Below, in pieces: positions 11,113 to 18,400 of a stretch of 18,400 nt of DNA. The notes under the pieces are model-generated. The model ran no database searches, had not been told where the DNA came from, and saw only the letters and a list, made by a program, of their open reading frames with translations. Origin of the DNA: Tubiluchus corallicola (lineage: Eukaryota > Animalia > Priapulida); the NCBI GenBank assembly GCA_030141605.1, contig JAQGDQ010001994.1, positions 1-18,400 of the forward strand, in the 5' to 3' direction. Numbering within the stretch: the first letter of the stretch is position 1; the number at the start of each line of letters is the position of its first letter. Position numbers and translations under genes: made by a program.

Positions 11113-11232
11113 TTCTACGGCCATATCACGTTGAAAACACCGGTTCTCGTCTGATCACCGAAGTTAAGCAACGCAGAGCCTGGTTAGTACTTGGATGGGT
11201 GACCGCCTAGGAATACCAGGTGCTGTAGGCTT
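11113..11232 (+). rRNA. Full-length 5S rRNA sequence serving as SINE head (probably not a canonical 5S rDNA unit)
   Basis: The 120 nt match metazoan 5S: CTACGGCCATATCACGTTGAAAACACCGGTTCTCGTCTGATCACCGAAGTTAAGCAACG...GTTAGTACTTGGATGGGTGACCGCCT...GCTGTAGGCTT. Box A and box C are intact. Single copy, with no oligo-T terminator. Confidence 0.9.
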
Positions 11233-11658
11233 GCGGGATGCCCACACTGTATCTCGACACTAGACAGAGGAGCTGCATAAGCAGCTAACGGCTAGAGTGT
11301 GGAGGAGGTCATGTGTAGAGGAGTAAACCTTCCAAATCAGGAAAGGAGCCCTGAAGGCGGAGCAGTGCAGCATGCTCACTGACTCCGGCAGCTCCTGTAG
11401 CCAACCTGGTGCCAAACGTATCGTTCCGCTTTCCTTTGGACTACCCCAGGGACGAAGAGAGGGGGTTCCTGTTGTCTGGGCAACTCACGATCTCCATACA
11501 CCTTGCCCAGGCGTGCGACCTGGAGAGGCCACTCCAGTGGTTCAAGGATCGCGCTGCTCAGCCACAGTCGACGCTGCAGCTCCATCAATGTGATCAATAA
11601 CTGACTCTCTTGGCGCACACTCCGAGACAGAAGAATGCCAACAACAACAACAACAATA
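11113..11658 (+). mobile_element. 5S rRNA-derived SINE (SINE3-type) with structured body, (CAA)n tail and 10-bp TSD
   Basis: 5S head at 11113-11232, GC-rich body at 11233-11638 and (CAA)n tail at 11639-11658. Identical flanks ATGGTACATT at 11103-11112 and 11659-11668. No T4 run after the first few bases of the element. Confidence 0.85.
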
Positions 11659-12564
11659 ATGGTACATTATGCAATTATAAACTCCGCAATTTACCAGCAA
11701 ACAGCGTTTTCCAAATGACGCAAACATTATATTGAGCCGGGTATATTCAGCTAAACCAGGGCTGTTTGTATAATTTAATTAGTAACAGTCAGTCACAGTT
11801 TATAATAAGACAATTAATAGATTGCAAAAATGCGTAGATATATCAGGGATGTTATTTACACGGGAAATAAGTGCACTGATGGTACTTACGAAGCCTTACA
11901 CGGGTGGAATCAGGAATCATTTCCTTATAACACTAAGCACACAAAGCGCAACGGCATTTTTAAAGGAAAGGTCAAGCCTTCTAGGAGGTTAGACTTATTT
12001 CAATCTTCGCGAAAAATGTTAGATGAATTAAGTAATAAAAGTGCGATAAGCGCTTCGTGTAATTAGTGAAATCGCTTTAAAGTCGCGATCACTTCATATT
12101 TGGACGCTCCCATTTTCAATGTCCATCCTTCTTCCAATGACGTCATTCGTGCTGAAGAAAAGTAGCGCACCGTCAATCTTCAGCAATAGTATAATAAGTT
12201 TTTACAAAAAAAATTAGGTAGGTAATTTTGTAAATTTTTGCGTGAACATTATGCAAGCTCCAGAAGCTTAAGTAGCGCACGCAAATCCACGACGCGTTTA
12301 CGAAAAGTCACGAAGTCTACCAGTTACGTCATGATTTTCAAGTGAATGGCGGCATCTACCACGCCTGAAAATTTCTATTCAGAAGTAGTATATTTTATAT
12401 TTATGCTTTATAGGCAGTTCTGTGCAAATTTCTTTGCATGTTTAAATGATAACAGTAAAATAAACCCAACATACTGAGTGACTTGTTCTTTCTTTTACGT
12501 ACATATTGTACCGTGAATCATGTAAAACTGAGTAACGGTTAGTGGCCGAGTTAAAAGCTTAGTC

Positions 12565-12620
12565 CAGGGTTGCAGTTTAAATTACACGGCTTTACACGGC
12601 TTCACTCGGCTTTACACGGC
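12565..12620. repeat. Four 10-bp repeats (TTTACACGGC) after a CAGGGTTGCA motif; possible hAT-like subterminal region
   Basis: Units at 12581, 12591, 12601 and 12611. No convincing partner TIR. Confidence 0.55.
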
Positions 12621-13112
12621 TAACCGGACGCCGTTATACTTAATTTTTTTCGCATCAAAAAGGAGCGGTCCAGACTCTCTTGTTATGGGCAAATTACCCA
12701 ATTACCCATATAATTTGTTTTTTATTTTTCCCGCATGAGGGAGCCAAAAACTAAAGGGGACAAGTGGGCAATTGCTGGCAGACTTGACTGGTTATTGCAG
12801 AGACTAACTTGTAATGTGGATAATGCAATTTTTATGTGAGAAATTTAATGTTATGCTTCAACCATAAACAGTGCGCTCTCTCTAGAGTCTAGCCGTATGA
12901 AGTAGGTGATTTTTGTAATTCTAAGTTTATCAATTAGAAAGCAATTTTCTGTGTAATTATTTTGTTCAAATTTCTTTAGTTTTGTTCAAATTGCATTACT
13001 GAAAATTTTATGTATTCTTGTTTTTTTCCTTTAGAAAATAAAGACTGCAGTAAACACCTTATGAAAGGAACTGTCGTGTTTTGCTGTGATAACATCCCTG
13101 AACCACCGTCTG

Positions 13113-13526
13113 AAACTCCTGCGTGAAATGCTTTTGCCTGAAAACCTTGATATAGCTGCCTTTGGACCTAATGATCTGTTGAAGTTGTTATTATTCGGAA
13201 AAGATGAATTTAACTATGTTGCTAACTGCAGAATATTCCAATGTATACATGACTTTATATTACGTACTAAACGCTTCCAGTAGTTTCTATCTGATATGAA
13301 ATGCATCAGTCTTAAATATTCGTACATTAATATTTTCTAACCGTCATTTTCTACTAATGTCTAATGTAATCTTGTAGTAAAACTTGTCAGCTTGTGTAGT
13401 TATAGTCTATTCTTACTGTAAATGTTTATTTAAATAGTGTATAAAGTCTGTTGTGGTGAGGATCCTAAATCATGTTGTTCAAACTGTCTGATCCAATCCT
13501 ATAATAAATTATGTTTAAACTAAATT
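13113..13526 (+). mobile_element. 5'-truncated CR1-group LINE: ORF2 C-terminus plus 3'UTR
   Basis: Peptide LLLFGKDEFNYVANCRIFQCIHDFILRTKRFQ* (stop ends 13283) matches the LLxG...N..IF..V..FI..TKRF terminus of invertebrate CR1-group ORF2. The UTR ends AATAAATTATGTTTAAACTAAA. Candidate 7-bp TSD CCGTCTG at 13106-13112 and 13527-13533. Confidence 0.75.
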
Positions 13527-13668
13527 CCGTCTGCGGGAGTTTCCAGTTTTAGTCGGAACTAGGTTAACTAAATATTCGTCGCTAGACAGCCAGGTACGCG
13601 TCGCCCAGGGAAAACGCATTTTGATCATACATCATATTTTTACTTGCAAGATACAACAATCTTCTTAC

Positions 13669-13897
13669 CTTCGTGATAGTCATGAGAATGCGACAAATCA
13701 TGCAGGTTTTGAGGAACAACCAGCGCGGCTAAAAGGAGGTCACTACAGGCCAGATTGGCAATGAACAAGTGCGTGGGCGTGCGATGTTCTCTCTTGTGCA
13801 TGACGATATAGATGATAGTGATGTTGACGACAATAGAAACGAGCAGAATAAGTCCAATGAAAACGATGAAGATGGCTTCACCAATTGAGAAGCTCAT
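13669..13897 (-). CDS. Class A (rhodopsin-like) GPCR, coding exon with TM1, ICL1, TM2 and start of ECL1
   Basis: Hydrophobic TM1 with N1.50 (SIVVNITII), ICL1/TM2 signature RTPTHLFIANLACSDLL (LAxxD, D2.50) and VVP proline. Acceptor TTTTCAG just upstream (exon begins 13907). Phase-1 donor GAAG|GTAAGA at 13669/13668, so the last 9 residues of the track ORF are intronic. Confidence 0.9.
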
Positions 13898-14186
13898 TGC
13901 AGTGTGTCTGAAAATGATAAAAGTAACTGAGCGTATTATTAGCGTAATAAAACTTGCCTAGATGGATAAAACTTAATGCCAGTAACAATACAAACGCGAG
14001 AGGCAATGGAATGATCTATTTTAGTTTAGTTTAGTTTACTCTACTTGCAAGAACAAAATAGAATACATCAATATGGTGAGATAATTATAGAATGAAAACA
14101 AAATAAACATGTAAATAAAAGTTGATTAGTAGATATTGGATCTGTCCAACAAGATCAGGCTCCATATGGCAAATAGAAAAAAATGT

Positions 14187-14335
14187 TGCCATTTTTTCCT
14201 GCTTTCCATTTGTGCCACTTTTTCCTGTGCCATTTTTACATATGCGATGTTTACCGTGCCATTTTTACCGGTGTCATTTTTACCTACTTTTCCATCTGTG
14301 CCATTTATACCATGCCATTTTTTCCTGTGCTATTT
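14187..14335. repeat. Degenerate ~15-bp minisatellite (GTGCCATTTTT(A/T)CC), block 1
   Basis: Repeated TGCCATTTTT motifs; same family as 14868-15132. Confidence 0.75.
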
Positions 14336-14867
14336 GTCGCAGATGCGAGCATTTAATTTACAGTTTATTATTAATTTTGATTTGTAGTTTTAAACTTTAG
14401 TTTTTCACTACCACTACATCTGTGCTGACATCTGTTTGTACACTTGGAAGTTTCCAATATATGTATGTACTTGCTACTGCTATATGTTTGTATGGAACTG
14501 GGTCACTGGGCTTCTCTGAGAATGAAATAGTTTTTCACACTTGGTATCAAGATTAGAGGACAAGCAATAGGCTTAAACAGTGTGTGGTTATAATAATGTT
14601 TTGACTCAGGTGCCATGATATATTGGCTAAGGGATTTACTTTTGTTTACTGCTGTTGATTGTGTTTACCATTTTCGTGTATATGTGGATTGACTATGAGA
14701 CTATGATTTGAGTAAAATACAGATTGCAAAGTTAAACCATGTTTTCATCCAGTGATATCATCTGTTCAACACGAACATCGCAACTACAAAAACAGTCTGA
14801 CAAACCTGCCAATGTCGGTTGTTGGCTCTCCCCAAAACACCCCAGCGACAACTTAAGCGTCACGACA

Positions 14868-15132
14868 CTATTTTTCCTGTGATATTTTCACCCACTTTTC
14901 TATTTGTGCCATTTTTTCCCCCGTGCCATTTTTCCTGTGACATTTTTACCCACTTTTCCATTTGTGCCATTTTTTTCCTGTAACATTTTTACCCACTTTT
15001 CCATTTGTGCCATTTTTTTTCCTGTGCCACTTTTTCCGGTGCCATTTTTTCCTGTACCATTTTACCTGTGCCATTTTTTCCTGTACCATTTTTTCCTGTA
15101 CTATTTTTACCTGTATCATTTTACCACTCACC
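14868..15132. repeat. Degenerate ~15-bp minisatellite, block 2, ending ...ATTTTACCACTCACC
   Basis: About 17 units in the same orientation as block 1, ending sharply. Typical of subterminal repeats of non-autonomous DNA transposons. It explains the ORFs at 14904-15206. Confidence 0.8.
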
Positions 15133-15457
15133 AAGAGGAGCAACTGCCTGTCATAACATTGGCAAACGATGAGGCGCACGTTTCCCATGTAGGTTAATAA
15201 CAACATAATATTTCTGATATAATTGCTTTAGCTGATATTTGCAGCAGGGACTAATAACAGCTCACACGTGTGCAATATAATCTCTGTGGTTATTAAATTT
15301 CCTATATACTGGAAGGATATTGTTCTGCCGTCTGGTTCTAGCCCTCATTATAATTGCAATACATTAGATTATATTTGATTCGATTAGATTAGATTACTTT
15401 ATTTAAGCATAAAAAGTCATACAAGAACATGAAAAAACATGACAATACACTGCTATG

Positions 15458-16433
15458 AAATACTACAATAAATGCTACATTACACTAAAAATACTACAAT
15501 AAAAGCTACATTACATTAAAAAATACTTCAAGAAAAGCTACTCTACACAAAAAATACTACAATAAATGCTACATTACACTAAAAATACTACAAGAAAAGC
15601 TACATTACACAAAAAATACTACAATAAATGCTACGTTACACTAAAAATACTACAATAAATGCTACATTACAATAAAAGCTACATTACACTAAAAATACTA
15701 CAATAAAAGCTACTTTACACTAAAAATACTACAATAAATGCTACATTACACTAAAAAATACTACTAGAAAAGCTACATTACACAAAAAATACTACAATAA
15801 ATGCTACGTTACACTAAAAATACTACAATAAATGCTACATTACAATAAAAGCTACATTACACTAAAAATACTACAATAAAAGCTACTTTACACTAAAAAT
15901 ACTACAATAAATGCTACATTACACTAAAAAATACTACAATAAAAGCTACATTACACTAAAAAATACTACAATAAAAGCTACATTACACTAAAAATACTAC
16001 AATAAAAGCTACATTACACTAAAAATACTACAATAAAAGCTACATTACACTAAAAATACTACAATAAAAGCTACATTACACTAAAAATACTACAATAAAA
16101 GCTACATTACACTAAAAATACTACAATAAAGCTACGTTACACTAAAATACTACAATAAAGCTACATTACACTAAAAATACTACAATAAAAGCTACATTAC
16201 ACTAAAATTACAATAAAGCTACATTACACTAAAAGATACTACAATAAAAGCTACATTACACTAAAAATACTACAATAAAAGTTACATTACACTAAAAATA
16301 CTACAATAAAAGCTACATTACAGTAAAAATACCACAAAAAAGCTACATTGCACTAAAAATACTACAATAAAAGCTACATTACACTAAAAAAGACTACAAT
16401 AAAAGCTACATTACACTAAAAAATACTACAATA
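15458..16433. repeat. 31-bp tandem array, about 31 units
   Basis: Unit CTAAAAATACTACAATAAA(A/T)GCTACATTACA repeated head to tail. Confidence 0.95.
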
Positions 16434-16593
16434 TACAATACATTCAGTAAAAAAACTTTCGTGGCTGGCACTTCATCGATTATTATTTACAAACAGTCTA
16501 CTGTTCCACATCTTAAAATAACTATATTGTATAATTCGAACTGCCAATAGTTAGTAGATGTTTTTTTAGTACAATCGTTTAAAATTAGAAAAC

Positions 16594-16607
16594 ATAATAA
16601 TAATGAC

Positions 16608-16642
<35 letters not shown>

Positions 16643-16791
16643 CAATAATAATAATAATAATCTTTTTATTTTAAAGCGGCTTTTTGGATGAACAATTAAA
16701 ACATGAGTTCCAAAGAGTTTTTGAACCGCCTGTAAATAACAATCTACAACTACATAACAGAGACTATTATTACCCCACTTTTACCCTAAAT
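16594..16791 (-). mobile_element. 3' half of the Meta-domain SINE with (ATT)n tail
   Basis: Identical by eye to 17341-17538. Confidence 0.7.
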
Positions 16792-16867
16792 ATTCATCAG
16801 AACCATTAAAAGCGTATTGAAACGTAGGCTAAATGAGAATGAGATGATACAATTACTTTATCAAACG

Positions 16868-17102
16868 TAGTCTAGTGGTTTTGTTTAGTAGGTTTAGTCT
16901 AGTGGTAACGCGTCCGCTTTCCGTTTGGGAGATCATGAGTTTGACCAAAGATTTTATAAATGGTATTTGCTGTTGCCCTGTTTGGTGCACGGCATTTAGG
17001 GTAAACGTGGGGTAATTATAGTCTCTATTATGTAGTTGTAGATTGTTATTTACAGGTTCAAAAACTCTTTGGAACTCATGTTTTAATTGTTCATCCAAAA
17101 AG
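16868..17102 (+). mobile_element. tRNA-headed Meta-domain SINE copy with box B damaged and tail missing
   Basis: Box A TAGTCTAGTGG (16868 and 16895), then ACCAAAGATTTTATAAATGGTATTTGCTGTTGCCCTGTTTGGTGCACGGCATTTAGGG, which resembles the MetaSINE central domain. Confidence 0.7.
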
Positions 17103-17340
17103 TTACATTGCACTAAATACACAATAAAGCTACATTACACTAAAAGACTACAATAAAGGCATTACACTAAAAAATACTACAATATACAATACATTCAGTA
17201 AAATTTTTTAGATTGTATATTTTCATCGATTATTATTTACAAATAGTTCACTGTTCCACATCTTAAAATAACTATATCATAATTGAACTGCCAATAGTTA
17301 GTAGATGCTTTTTTAGTACAATCGTTTAAAATTAGAAAAC

Positions 17341-17354
17341 ATAATAATAATGAC

Positions 17355-17389
<35 letters not shown>

Positions 17390-17655
17390 CAATAATAATA
17401 ATAATAATCTTTTTATTTTAAAGCGGCTTTTTGGATGAACAATTAAAACATGAGTTCCAAAGAGTTTTTGAACCGCCTGTAAATAACAATCTACAACTAC
17501 ATAACAGAGACTATTATTACCCCACTTTTACCCTAAATAACCCTCACCAGACAGGGCAACACTAGGTACCATTTTTAAAGTTTTTGACCCGGGCGGCAGT
17601 ATCGAACTCACGACTTCGTAGACGGAAAGCGGACGCGTCACCATTAGATTAAACC
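17341..17655 (-). mobile_element. Full-length tRNA-derived SINE (MetaSINE-like) with L2-like 3' end and (ATT)n tail
   Basis: On the minus strand: box A-like TAATCTAATGG (17651-17641), box B GTTCGATAC (17607-17599), AAAACTTTAAAAATGGTACCTAGTGTTGCCCTGTCTGG, then AAAAGCCGCTTTAAAATAAAAAGA and an (ATT)n tail. Confidence 0.72.
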
Positions 17656-17756
17656 TACTAAACAAAACCACTAGACTAGATCTGATAAAGTAATTCCTTA
17701 TCATCTCATTCTCATTTAGCCTACGTTTCAATACGCTTTTAATGGTTCTGATGAAT

Positions 17757-17895
17757 ATTTATGGTAAAAGTGTGCTAATAATAGTCTCTGTAATGTAGTT
17801 GTAGATTGTTATTTACAGTCGATCCAAAAGCTCTTTGGAGCTTATGTCAATTGTTCATTCACAAAGACGACTTTAAATAAAGATTATTATTATTA

Positions 17896-17947
<52 letters not shown>
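17757..17947 (+). mobile_element. Diverged or noisy inverted copy of the SINE 3' half with (ATT)n tail
   Basis: Reverse complement of 16594-16791 with many substitutions and small indels. Confidence 0.65.
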
Positions 17948-18104
17948 GTTTTCTAATTTAAACGATTGTACTAAAAACATCTACTAACTATTGGCAGTTC
18001 GAATTATACAATATAGTTATTTTAAGATGTGGAACAGTAGACTGTTTGTAAATAATAATCGATGAAGTGCCAGCCACGAAAGTTTTTTTACTGAATGTAT
18101 TGTA

Positions 18105-18400
18105 TATTGTAGTATTTTTTAGTGGTAATGTAGCTTTTTTATTGTAGTCTTTTTTTTAGTGTAATGTAGCTTTATTGTAGTATTTTAGTGCAATGTAGCT
18201 TTTTTGTGGTATTTTTACTGTAATGTAGCTTTTATTGTAGTATTTTTAGTGTAATGTAACTTTTATTGTAGTATTTTTAGTGTAATGTAGCTTTTATTGT
18301 AGTATTTTTAGGTGTAATGTAGCTTTTATTAGAAATATTTTTTATGTAATGGGCTTTTTTATTGTAGTATTTTTAGTGTAATGTAGCTTTTATTGTAGTA
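18105..18400. repeat. Inverted copy of the 31-bp array
   Basis: TGTAATGTAGCTTTTATTGTAGTATTTTTAG units. Variants GTGCAATG, TTGTGGTATTTTTACTG and GTAACTTTT mirror those at 16273-16352. Confidence 0.93.

Larger units (their letters stand above)
16140..18400. repeat. Large nested inverted duplication (arms ~16140-17102 and 17427-18400, running off the window)
   Basis: The right arm is the reverse complement of the left, including diagnostic satellite variants. The spacer 17103-17426 is a direct copy of about 16342-16679. Confidence 0.92.

Noticed and set aside
11233-11460. Twister, HDV-like or hammerhead ribozyme in the SINE body
   Set aside because: Partial resemblance only (AGCT-GCATAAGC-AGCT loop, CTAA and CGAA motifs). 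The required pseudoknot pairings and catalytic cores could not be assembled by eye.
11372-11727. Short overlapping ORFs in the SINE body
   Set aside because: Expected in GC-rich sequence, with no recognisable domain.
11959-12498. Kolobok-like element bounded by TTAAAGGAAAGGTCAAG and CTTGTTCTTTCTTTTAC
   Set aside because: Four mismatches in 17 low-complexity bases, which is too weak.
13035-13049. 15-nt plus-strand microexon after TTTTTTTCCTTTAG
   Set aside because: Good acceptor but weak donor (GCA|GTAAAC); unsupported without transcripts.
16853-17731. ORFs 16853-17122 and 17528-17731, or a true tRNA gene
   Set aside because: The ORFs cross rearrangement junctions and SINE sequence. The tRNA-like head has no complete cloverleaf or terminator and runs on into a SINE body.

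Overview
AT-rich, repeat-dense eukaryotic DNA from an invertebrate animal. The 5S sequence and SINE types suggest a lophotrochozoan such as a mollusc or annelid (inference). The only convincing host coding sequence is one minus-strand exon of a class A (rhodopsin-like) GPCR (13669-13897, TM1-TM2), and the sequence to its left is probably intron. The window also holds a ~3.7 kb 47-bp tandem array, a ~1 kb 31-bp tandem array, microsatellites, several MITE-like or palindromic elements, a CR1-group LINE 3' fragment and tRNA-headed Meta-domain SINE sequence. The most interesting element is a 546-bp 5S-rRNA-headed SINE (11113-11658): a full-length 5S head with no terminator, a highly base-paired GC-rich body resembling an RTE-clade 5'UTR, a (CAA)n tail and a perfect 10-bp TSD. 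The right end (16140-18400) is a double fold-back inverted duplication, which may be real or an amplification/sequencing chimera. Almost all ORFs in the supplied track are artefacts of repeats.
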